DNA from: Candidatus Velthaea sp.
Lineage (GTDB): Bacteria > Vulcanimicrobiota > Vulcanimicrobiia > Vulcanimicrobiales > Vulcanimicrobiaceae
Assembly: GCA_050012475.1 (NCBI GenBank)
Contig: JBEKHC010000106.1
Coordinates: 1 to 16,463 of the forward strand
Direction of reading: 5' to 3'
Length of the DNA: 16,463 bases
The position numbers and the translations under genes are program-made. Under the pieces are notes generated by a model, which saw only the letters and a list, made by a program, of their open reading frames with translations, had not been told where the DNA came from and did not search any database. This document shows positions 7,400-15,050 of this stretch, one piece after another (positions within the stretch are counted from its first letter, which is position 1; each line of letters starts with the position of its first letter).

Positions 7400-10300
7400 T
7401 GAGTTCGTCCGCCAGCGCGCCGGCCGCTTTGGTCAAACCGGCGGATTCGTTCGCGAGCAGCGGTTTGCTGTTCGCGATCTTGGGCGCCGGTCTGGTCGTT
7501 CGTCTGATCTTCTTGCCCGCGAGCGGATTCCACAACGATCTGCAAGCCTTCGAGGCGTGGGCCCTGACGCTCACCGAACATCCGCTGCGCGACTTCTACG
7601 CCTCGACCTCATTTGCCGATTATCCGCCGGGCTATTTTTTTGTTCTGCTCGTGATCGGCTGGATCTTCAAGGGTCTGGTCGCCGCGCACGTGGTCGCGCC
7701 CGACGCCTATAACGTTTTGGGAATGTTGGCCAAGCTGCCGGCAATCGCGATGGACACGGTCAACGCGTGGCTGCTCTTCACGATCGTCGGCCGTTTTGCC
7801 GCGCGTCCGGTGGCCCTGGGCGCGGCGATGCTGTATGCGTTCAACCCTGCGGCGATCTATGTCTCAGCGTTTTGGGGTCAGGTCGACAGCGTGTCGTGGG
7901 GACTCGTGCTGGCCGGCATCAACAGCCTGTTGAGCGCGCGCGACGATGCGCGCTGGGGGGTCGCGAAAGTCGCGGCAGGCTGGGTGGCGCTGGCGGTTTC
8001 GATCCTCATGAAGCCGCAAGGGCTGTTCGTGGGGCTGGTGTTTCTAGCGTTTGCCTTCGTCCCCGTTGCCGCCGACGAACGCCGGCGGCGGCTCACCGGA
8101 ACGGCGCTGGGCTTGGGCGCCGGGTGTCTGATCGCTTGGGTGACGTCGGCGCTTTTTCACGGCACGCTCAATCCGGTGGCTGATTGCGCCTGGCTGTTCA
8201 TGCGCTACGCGTTCGGCAGTGCGGTCTACCCGTACAACTCGATCAACGCTTTCAATCTATATGCGATCAAACAGCCGTTCTGGCAACCCGATTCGCAGGT
8301 CTTGACGCTGCCGCTCACCGGGATCGGTCTGGGACCGATGCTCGTTTGGGGCTGGGTGCTCGTCGCCGGCGCGTCGCTGCTGTTCGTCGGCCGGTATCTG
8401 CAGCGCAGAGACGACCGTGCGTTTCTCGAAGCGGCGATGCTCGTCTCGTTCGGGTTTTTCATCCTGGCGACGCGGATGCACGAACGCTACGTCTTCGGCG
8501 CGTTTTTGCTGATGATGCCGCTGATCGCATTCGGACGCCGGTACCTGTGGGCGTCGGTCGCCGTCTCGATCACCCTGCTGGCGAATTTGGCGTATTCACT
8601 CGCGTATCAAACCGCAATGGAAGCCAAGACGCCGGGCATCGACGCGACCAGCCTGTGGCCGCTGGTGAGCGGCCCGCTGTCGGCGCTCAACACCGTGCTG
8701 TTCTTTTATCTGGGTTATCTCTTTTTGGGCGGAACCGCCGGCGCGAGCGTGCTCGACGGCAGCTCGCTGCGCAACCGCCTGGGCACGGGGGTCGCACAAG
8801 CCTATCTGCGTGCGCGCGCCTGGTTCGATCCGCGCGAGGGCGTGACGACCATGCGCGCCGCGGATTGGTGGCTGGCGCTGGCGTTCACGCTGGGCTCGTT
8901 CCTGCTGTGCATCCTCTGGTATCAATTGCCGGCCGAACGGTATTTCGACGAAGTCTACTATCCGCGATCGGCCGAGGAGTATCTGCGGCACGCGGGGACG
9001 GCCGGCGACTTGGGCGTGTTCGAATGGACGCATCCGCCGCTGACCAAGCTGATCATCGCGCTTTCGATGATGCTCTTCGGCGGCGTGCACGGGTTGGGGA
9101 ACACGGGCTTCGGCTGGCGTTTTCTCAACATCGTCGTCGGCTCGCTCACCGTCGGCGTACTGTACGTGTTCGCCAAATACTTGACCCGTTCGCGGCTGTT
9201 CGCGTCGGTCGCCGCCGGCATGCTGCTCTTCGACGGCTTCCACTACGTTCAATCGCGCATCGCCACCCCGGAAATCACCGTTTCGTTCTTCTCGCTGACA
9301 ACGCTGTACGCGTTCTATCGGCTGTGGATCGCCGCGCAGGCGCGGCGCCGGCCGGTTGCCGCCCCGCCCTATCGCACCGCCTTCATTGTGACGATGGTGG
9401 CCGGAACCGTGCTGGCCGCGGTGCTGGCGTACGTGGCCACGAACATCGGGCCGTCGACGGCGGGTCACGAGTTCTATAATTGGACGCTGTTCGTCTCGTT
9501 TGCGTATTTCGAGACGGCGGTGTACTTGTTTGCCCGCGTCGCTTTGCGCCGCATGTTTGCGCCCATCGCTGCGGACGTCACGTACGCCGACGGCACGCAG
9601 TTGCGCGTGACCGAGGCGCAGCTGCGCGGAACGACGCCCGAGGGAACGCTGCTCGAAGCGTCGGGCAGCCGGTCGAAGAAGAGCGACGTCCTCGCGACGC
9701 TGACGGACGAGGGTTCGACGCGGACGTATTGGCGCGACGGCAACATGACGTACGCGACGCCGCCCGACAGCGCCGACTACACGGTCGACGGCGGCTTCCG
9801 CGTTGCCGGGGTCCGCATCGATCCCAGCGACGCGCGCTTGTGGCTCGTTGGGCTGGCGGTGTCCGGCGGTTTGCTGGCGGCCTCGAAATGGAACGGCTTG
9901 TTCGATTTCTTCGTGGTCTGGATCCTCACCGCGCTCGTTGCCGGACAACGCTGGCTGCGCCGGCCGGCCCTCTTCGGCAACCCGTTCGGCATCGCGCTCG
10001 ACGTGGCGATCGCGTCGATGGTCATCATCGGCGGCGCGATCTACATCGCCAGCTACATTCCGCACTTCTTAATGGGCCACAATCTGGTCGACGTCGTGTC
10101 GCTCCAGCACGAAATGTATTGGTACCATTCGACGCTTTCGGCCACGCATCCGTATGCGTCCAAGTGGTGGCAGTGGCCGATCCTGCAGAAACCCATCTCC
10201 TATTACTACAGCGACGTTCGCCCGCCGAATCTGCGCAACGATCCGGCGGCCTGCTGCGTCGCGGAGATTCTCGCGCTGCCGAACCCGCTGGTTTGGTGGG

Positions 10301-10665
10301 CCGGCCTCATCACCGTCCCGGCCGTCGCGCTGCTGGGGTGGTTCGAGCGCAACAAGGGCTACCTGTTGCTCGTTCTCGCGTACTTCCTGCAGTGGCTGCC
10401 GTGGATCGGCTCGCCGCGAATCGCCTTCGAATATCACTTCTATCCGAATCTTTCGATCATCGTGCTTGCCAACGCGATCATCCTGCAGCGGCTGTGGAAA
10501 TGGCGCTCCGCCGAGGGTCCGTTCACCCTGCCGCGCATCGGGGTCGGCATCTATCTCGCGATCGTCGTCGGTTTGTTTTTTTACTTCTATCCCGTGCTCG
10601 CGGGCGTTCACGTGAGCTGGGACGCCTGGCACAACCGCATGTGGTTCACCAGCTGGATCATTTGA
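7399..10665 (+). CDS. Lipid-carrier-dependent membrane glycosyltransferase fusion: N-terminal ALG6/GT87-like GT-C domain plus C-terminal PMT (GT39) protein O-mannosyltransferase-like domain
   Basis: ATG 7399 overlaps the upstream stop (TGATG), giving 1088 aa with many TM segments. N-half motifs: ADYPPG, KLPAI..D, FNPA.IY.SA.WGQ.DS, MKPQ, RMHERY. C-half motifs: YFDEVYY, HPPLTK, GWRF, QSRIA, SKWNG, HPYASKWWQWP, NPLVWW, FEYHFYP. Confidence 0.88.
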   Translation: MSSSASAPAALVKPADSFASSGLLFAILGAGLVVRLIFLPASGFHNDLQAFEAWALTLTEHPLRDFYASTSFADYPPGYFFVLLVIGWIFKGLVAAHVVAPDAYNVLGMLAKLPAIAMDTVNAWLLFTIVGRFAARPVALGAAMLYAFNPAAIYVSAFWGQVDSVSWGLVLAGINSLLSARDDARWGVAKVAAGWVALAVSILMKPQGLFVGLVFLAFAFVPVAADERRRRLTGTALGLGAGCLIAWVTSALFHGTLNPVADCAWLFMRYAFGSAVYPYNSINAFNLYAIKQPFWQPDSQVLTLPLTGIGLGPMLVWGWVLVAGASLLFVGRYLQRRDDRAFLEAAMLVSFGFFILATRMHERYVFGAFLLMMPLIAFGRRYLWASVAVSITLLANLAYSLAYQTAMEAKTPGIDATSLWPLVSGPLSALNTVLFFYLGYLFLGGTAGASVLDGSSLRNRLGTGVAQAYLRARAWFDPREGVTTMRAADWWLALAFTLGSFLLCILWYQLPAERYFDEVYYPRSAEEYLRHAGTAGDLGVFEWTHPPLTKLIIALSMMLFGGVHGLGNTGFGWRFLNIVVGSLTVGVLYVFAKYLTRSRLFASVAAGMLLFDGFHYVQSRIATPEITVSFFSLTTLYAFYRLWIAAQARRRPVAAPPYRTAFIVTMVAGTVLAAVLAYVATNIGPSTAGHEFYNWTLFVSFAYFETAVYLFARVALRRMFAPIAADVTYADGTQLRVTEAQLRGTTPEGTLLEASGSRSKKSDVLATLTDEGSTRTYWRDGNMTYATPPDSADYTVDGGFRVAGVRIDPSDARLWLVGLAVSGGLLAASKWNGLFDFFVVWILTALVAGQRWLRRPALFGNPFGIALDVAIASMVIIGGAIYIASYIPHFLMGHNLVDVVSLQHEMYWYHSTLSATHPYASKWWQWPILQKPISYYYSDVRPPNLRNDPAACCVAEILALPNPLVWWAGLITVPAVALLGWFERNKGYLLLVLAYFLQWLPWIGSPRIAFEYHFYPNLSIIVLANAIILQRLWKWRSAEGPFTLPRIGVGIYLAIVVGLFFYFYPVLAGVHVSWDAWHNRMWFTSWII

Positions 10666-10720
10666 AGCTGGAGATGTTTTGCTCGGGAACGAAGCCTGTT
10701 ACGGCGATGGAGCAGACAAG

Positions 10721-11467
10721 ATGAGCGGACACTCGAAGTGGCACAACATCAAGCTCAAGAAGGGCAAGGTCGACGCGCAGCGCGGCGCGCTGTTTACCAA
10801 GCTCAGTAAGGAGATCATCCTCGCTGCCAAGGGCGGCTCGCCCGATCCCGAAGCGAACTACCGGCTGAAGATGGCGGTCGAGAAGGCGCGCGAGAACAAC
10901 GTGCCGATGGACAACATCAAACGCGCGATCGCCCGCGCGAGCGGCGGAAGCGACGAAAAACAGATCGAAGAGCTGCGCTACGAAGGATACGGCCCGGCGG
11001 GGGTCGCGGTGATCGTCGATGCCGCCACCGACAATCGCAATCGCACCGCGAGCGAACTGCGCTTTCTCTTTAGCCGGAACGACGGAACGCTGGGCGAGAG
11101 CGGGAGCGTCGGCTGGATGTTCGAGTCGCGCGGGATCGTCGAAGTGCAACCCGGCGCGCTCGACGAGGATGCGCTAACGGAGCGCGCGCTCGTCGACGGG
11201 GTGATCGACGTGCGCTTCGACCCGCAAGGTAGTGAGATCATCACCGGGCCGACCGCGCTCATGGCGGTCAAAGACGAACTCGAAGCATCCGGTTTGCGCG
11301 TCACGAGCGCGCGCCTAACGATGGAAGCGAAACAAACGACGCAGCCCAACGGCGCCGACACCGCCAAAGTCGTCGCCTTTCTCGAGGCGCTCGAAGAGCA
11401 CGAAGACGTGCAAACCGTCTATAGCAACGCCGAGTTCGACGACGCCGCACTCGAAGCGCTCGCCTAG
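10721..11467 (+). CDS. yebC: YebC/PmpR family protein
   Basis: Start MSGHSKWHNIKLKKG at ATG 10721, giving 248 aa. YEGYGPAGVA, TDNRNRT, GSVGWMF and DVQTVYSN motifs. Confidence 0.96.
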   Translation: MSGHSKWHNIKLKKGKVDAQRGALFTKLSKEIILAAKGGSPDPEANYRLKMAVEKARENNVPMDNIKRAIARASGGSDEKQIEELRYEGYGPAGVAVIVDAATDNRNRTASELRFLFSRNDGTLGESGSVGWMFESRGIVEVQPGALDEDALTERALVDGVIDVRFDPQGSEIITGPTALMAVKDELEASGLRVTSARLTMEAKQTTQPNGADTAKVVAFLEALEEHEDVQTVYSNAEFDDAALEALA

Positions 11468-11468
11468 A

Positions 11469-11498
11469 CGATTCGGCTCGGCTTCGCTCGACGAATCG
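11469..11498 (+). terminator. Stem-loop immediately after the yebC stop (possible terminator or processing site)
   Basis: CGATTCG (11469-11475) pairs with CGAATCG (11492-11498), with partial inner pairing. No U-tract. Confidence 0.3.
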
Positions 11499-11551
11499 GC
11501 CCGGCCCCAGCCAGGGTCTGAGAGCGTGCCGCCCCGAACGCTGGGTTTTGG

Positions 11552-12613
11552 ATGCAGCTTGACAGCCCGAATGCCGCACCTCGCCGGCGCAAGGAGCGGC
11601 CCGCGACGACCGTCGCTCGCGATTGGATTTTCGCCCTAGCGTTGGCCTTCGCCGTCGGCGTCGTCGTCTGGTTCGGCCGATCGGTCAAGGATTTCTTCGA
11701 GCCGACCGTCGCCGACGTCTTCGTCCCCTCGTTCCTGGGTCAGACAATCCCCGACGCGACCGCCGAAGCCCAGCGCATCAAATTGCGGGCCACGGTCATC
11801 GCGAACCAGCCCAGTGACCGGTGGCCCAAAGACGTCATCATGAGCCAACAGCCCGCTGCCGGAAGCCAAGTCCGCCCGGGGCGGGAGATCTCGCTCGTGG
11901 TGAGTACCGGGGTCACGATCTTTCCGATGCCCGATCTGCGCTACGAATCGATGCGCGAGGCAAACTTAACGCTCGACCGCAGTAAACTGCAGCTCGTGCG
12001 GGCGACGGTGGTGGCGAACGACGACGTGCCGGCAAACCACGTGCTCAGTCAGGATCCGCTGCCGCTCACCAGCGTCCGCGAGGGCACCAAGGTCACGCTG
12101 ACGATCAGCAAGGGACCGCCTTCGGCGGTGCGCGTGCCGAACTTCGTCGGTGAGTTCATCGACGACGCACGCGCCGACGCCGCACGCGCGAAAGTCCACT
12201 TCGGTCAAATCGTCTGGACGCCGTTCGGACCTGACGGGCCGCCGCGCGGACTCGTCGCCAAGCAGAATCCGGCGCCGGGCGCGCAGATCGACCCGTTCGC
12301 GCCGGTTTCGCTGCAAGTGAGCGCCGGGCCCACGGAATTTGGTTATCTGATCCGCCAGGTTCATGCGACGGCGACCGTTCCGGCGCGCGATTCGGCCGCG
12401 AACGTGCGCATGGAAATCCACGACGAAACCGGTACCTGGAACGTGTACGACGGGTTCGCGCAAGGTGGTCAGAAACTCGACTTCAATCTGACCGTGGTCG
12501 GCAAGAGCGAACTCGACACCTACATCAACAACGAACTCCTCAGCCAAGTGACGCTGGGCGGGGACGCGCCGCATCCATCACCCAGTCCAACCAGAAAGCC
12601 GCGAAAATCGTGA
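11552..12613 (+). CDS. Single-TM PASTA-repeat protein (three PASTA domains, no kinase or PBP domain)
   Basis: Short basic N-tail and one TM helix, then three repeats (VPSFLG...SQQPAAG...LVVSTG; MPDLRY...SQDPLP...LTISKG; VPNFVG...KQNPAPG...LQVSAG) and a C-terminal beta-rich domain. Confidence 0.9.
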   Translation: MQLDSPNAAPRRRKERPATTVARDWIFALALAFAVGVVVWFGRSVKDFFEPTVADVFVPSFLGQTIPDATAEAQRIKLRATVIANQPSDRWPKDVIMSQQPAAGSQVRPGREISLVVSTGVTIFPMPDLRYESMREANLTLDRSKLQLVRATVVANDDVPANHVLSQDPLPLTSVREGTKVTLTISKGPPSAVRVPNFVGEFIDDARADAARAKVHFGQIVWTPFGPDGPPRGLVAKQNPAPGAQIDPFAPVSLQVSAGPTEFGYLIRQVHATATVPARDSAANVRMEIHDETGTWNVYDGFAQGGQKLDFNLTVVGKSELDTYINNELLSQVTLGGDAPHPSPSPTRKPRKS

Positions 12614-13293
12614 ACGCCGTCAAGCACACCGTCAAAATAGCTCCGTCTCTGTTGGCTGCAGATTTCGCTTCGATCGCCGATCAAATCCACATGGTCGAAG
12701 CCGCCGGCGCCGACCTGCTGCACCTCGACTCGATGGATGGCCGGTTCGTGCCCAACCTCACCTGGGGGCCGAAGATCGTCGCGGATCTGCGCAAGCTCAC
12801 GAACCTTCCGTTCGATTGTCATCTCATGATCGTCGAGCCCGAGAAATACGTCGAGGAGTTCCGCAAAGCGGGTGCCGACTACATAACCTTTCACTACGAG
12901 GCCACGGCGCATCCGCATCGGCTGCTGCAATACATTCGCTCGCTCGGCGCGAAGGCGGGCGTCGGCATCAATCCCGGCACGCCTGTCGCGACGCTCATCG
13001 ACCTCATCGAGGACATCGACCTGCTCTTGGTCATGAGCGTAAATCCGGGCTTTGGCGGCCAACCGTTCATCGAACGTGCGCTCACCAAGCTGGGTGCAGC
13101 GCGTGACCTGCGCGACGCGGGCAATCCGAATTGCGAGATCGAGGTCGACGGCGGGATCGGCGTCAAGAACATCGAGCGGGCCGTGGCCGCGGGCGCGGAC
13201 GTTCTCGTCGGCGGCTCGAGCATTTTCGGAGCCGCTGATCCGGCCGCGACGCTGCGTGACATGAAAGCGCGCGCGAAGGCGACGCGCGGATAG
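12610..13293 (+). CDS. rpe: Ribulose-phosphate 3-epimerase
   Basis: IAPSLLAADF, HLDSMDGRFVPN, DCHLMI, MSVNPGFGGQ and EVDGG motifs. GTGA overlap with the PASTA gene. Confidence 0.97.
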   Translation: MNAVKHTVKIAPSLLAADFASIADQIHMVEAAGADLLHLDSMDGRFVPNLTWGPKIVADLRKLTNLPFDCHLMIVEPEKYVEEFRKAGADYITFHYEATAHPHRLLQYIRSLGAKAGVGINPGTPVATLIDLIEDIDLLLVMSVNPGFGGQPFIERALTKLGAARDLRDAGNPNCEIEVDGGIGVKNIERAVAAGADVLVGGSSIFGAADPAATLRDMKARAKATRG

Positions 13294-14324
13294 ACGCGGA
13301 GACTCCGGCAGCGTCCGGTTGCGCCGCAAACGAAGACGATCTCGTCGCGACGCTGTGCGAGATCTGCGCGACCGCCGCGCCGCACAACCTGGTTCTGGGC
13401 ATCGGCGATGACGCGGCGGCGTGGCGGCCGTCGCGCTCCAACCTTTCAGTGATCACCACCGACGCGCTCGTGGAAGACGTCCACTTCACCCTGGCCGCGA
13501 TGTCCCCGGAAGATATCGGCCGGCGAGCGCTGGCGGCAAATCTCTCCGATATCGCGGCGATGGGTGCGCGCCCGGTTCTCGCCACGATCGCGCTAGGCGT
13601 CAACGAACGCAGCGATGCGGCTTGGATTCGCGCGCTGTACGAGGGGATGGCGGATTTGGCGCGGCGTTCGGCCTGCGCGCTCGCGGGCGGCGATATTACG
13701 CGCTGCGCGGCGATCAGCATTGCGATCACGGTCGTGGGCGAAGTCCGGCCGTCCAATCTCAAACGCCGCAGCGGCGCGCGCCCCGGGGATGTGCTGGCGA
13801 TAACCCGGCCGCTGGGCGCGAGCCGGGCCGGGCTGCGCGTGCTGACCGGCCGGCCGGATCTGGCCGGCGAAGCGAAGTATGCGGACGTTGTTCGCGCGTT
13901 TCGAACGCCTGAGCCGGAGTTGGCCGCGGGCCGCTGGCTCGGCGCGTCGCGCAACGTCCACGCCTTGATGGATTCATCCGACGGCCTATCAACTGACGTC
14001 AGCCGAATATGCGCCGCCTCCGGCGTCGGCGCGGTGCTCGAATCGATCGCAGTCGACGACAACGCCCGGCTGGTTGCCGAGTTGTTCGAAGAAGACGCCG
14101 ACGGCTACGCGCTCGACGGAGGCGAAGATTTTGCCCTCATCGCCGCCGTGTCGGCCCGCGCGTTCGACTATCTGGCGGCACGCTTCGCCCAGCGCTTTGG
14201 CCGGCCGTTACTTCGGGTCGGCACGTTCACCGCGGGTACCGAGTTCCGCCGCTCCGACGGCTCGCTCATTATTCCCGGCGGCTGGGATCACTTGAGCTCG
14301 GCTCAGCGGGAGCTGAGCCGGTAA
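13290..14324 (+). CDS. thiL: Thiamine-monophosphate kinase (start uncertain; candidate non-canonical ATA at 13290)
   Basis: The frame is open from 13260 and encodes NEDDLV...GIGDDAA upstream of the listed GTG 13449. It continues TTDALVEDVHF, NLSDIAAMGARP, GGDIT, MDSSDGL, GGEDFAL and GWDHL. Confidence 0.93.
   Translation: MDAETPAASGCAANEDDLVATLCEICATAAPHNLVLGIGDDAAAWRPSRSNLSVITTDALVEDVHFTLAAMSPEDIGRRALAANLSDIAAMGARPVLATIALGVNERSDAAWIRALYEGMADLARRSACALAGGDITRCAAISIAITVVGEVRPSNLKRRSGARPGDVLAITRPLGASRAGLRVLTGRPDLAGEAKYADVVRAFRTPEPELAAGRWLGASRNVHALMDSSDGLSTDVSRICAASGVGAVLESIAVDDNARLVAELFEEDADGYALDGGEDFALIAAVSARAFDYLAARFAQRFGRPLLRVGTFTAGTEFRRSDGSLIIPGGWDHLSSAQRELSR
14299..14320 (+). terminator. 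Strong hairpin at the 3' end of thiL (possible operon terminator)
   Basis: CGGCTCAGC-GGGA-GCTGAGCCG is a 9-bp perfect stem with a GNRA loop, inside the last thiL codons. No U-tract. Confidence 0.4.
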
Positions 14325-14412
14325 CCCCGAGTGCGCACCTATTGAGTCCGCTAAGAATTGCAAACCTAAGCGGCCGTGAGGGTCAGGACGGGGCCGGCGG
14401 GCGTGCCTGGCC

Positions 14413-14461
14413 GTCGTATTCATACGACAGGAAACGATGCTATGGGCGGATATGCCATACT
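14413..14461 (+). promoter_or_regulatory. Putative TA-module operator and promoter
   Basis: Perfect inverted repeat GTCGTAT-TC-ATACGAC (14413-14428). A second palindrome TATG-C-CATA (14451-14459) overlaps an extended -10-like TGnCATACT (14453-14461). Confidence 0.5.
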
Positions 14462-14467
14462 GATCGT

Positions 14468-14668
14468 ACGGCTAAGATTGCCAAGGCCGTTCCCGATGAC
14501 TTGCTCGCCAAGATCGATGCAGAAGCGATCGAAGTCGCTAAACGAACGCGCCGCGAACGGATCGATCGCGAGATCGCAGCGTACACGGTCGATCACGAGG
14601 AAGCTGACGCGCAGGTATATTCCGACTGGGAATGCACGCTAGCCGACGGGCTTGATGAGATTGAATAG
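14468..14668 (+). pseudogene. Degenerate ribbon-helix-helix (CopG-like) antitoxin
   Basis: (ACG)AKIAKAVPDDLLAKIDAEAIEVAKR...YSDWECTLADGLDEIE shows a beta-strand/helix A pattern and an acidic C-tail typical of MazF partners. There is no canonical start codon, and the stop overlaps the toxin start. Confidence 0.65.
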
Positions 14669-15016
14669 TCGACCGGTCGTTACTCGCGGTGACGTTTGGC
14701 TTGTCGCATTGGATCCGGTTGACGGATCGGAGCAAGCGAAACTCGACCTGTGTCGTTGTGCAACGCGAAAGCGCAAATGCCGGACGTACAACTATTGTCG
14801 TTCCGGCCACTGGTGCTACGAAGCAAACACCTGGGATTGTGCGGCCACTGCTGCGGAAAGGCGACGGCGGCCTCGCAAAAAGACAGCGTCGCACTATGTC
14901 GTCAAGTACGGGTCGTTGACCGTCTGCGGATGCGAAAGAAACTGGGCGTCCTCTCGTCCGAAGCGCTCACCACCGCTCAACGTGCCGCTTTAACAAAGGT
15001 GCTCGGCGTCACGCGA
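14655..15016 (+). pseudogene. mazF: MazF/PemK family endoribonuclease toxin, frameshifted
   Basis: Segments in different frames join to give RGDVWLVALDPVDGSEQAK / TRP / CVVVQRESANAGRTTIVVPAT...GDGGLAK / DSVALCRQVRVVDRLRMRKKLGVLS...VLGVT, about 120 aa. Shifts fall near 14740, 14749 and 14880. The end coordinate is approximate. Confidence 0.88.
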
Positions 15017-15050
15017 AGCACCTCGATCTCGCTTTTGGTTGGTTTCGATT

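Noticed and set aside
6398..10665. Idea that the prenyl synthase directly makes the lipid carrier for the coupled glycosyltransferase
   Set aside because: It is a trans-type enzyme with an aromatic residue at FARM -5, which points to short products. Sugar carriers are normally built by cis-prenyltransferases, so at most it supplies the primer.
8184..10724. Long alternative-frame and antisense ORFs (8184..9479, 8596..10065, 9480..10724)
   Set aside because: They lie almost wholly within the glycosyltransferase gene, are Arg/Ala-rich with no motifs, and are expected shadows in high-GC DNA.
11505..11551. TPP riboswitch-like words (CTGAGA, CCCGAAC) upstream of an operon containing thiL
   Set aside because: It lacks the CUGAU...UAAU...GCG.AGGGA half of the aptamer, and there is no room for it before the ATG.
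14735..14885. Programmed frameshifting to express the MazF toxin
   Set aside because: It would need three separate shifts, no canonical slippery heptamer is present, and the antitoxin is also damaged. Pseudogenisation is simpler.
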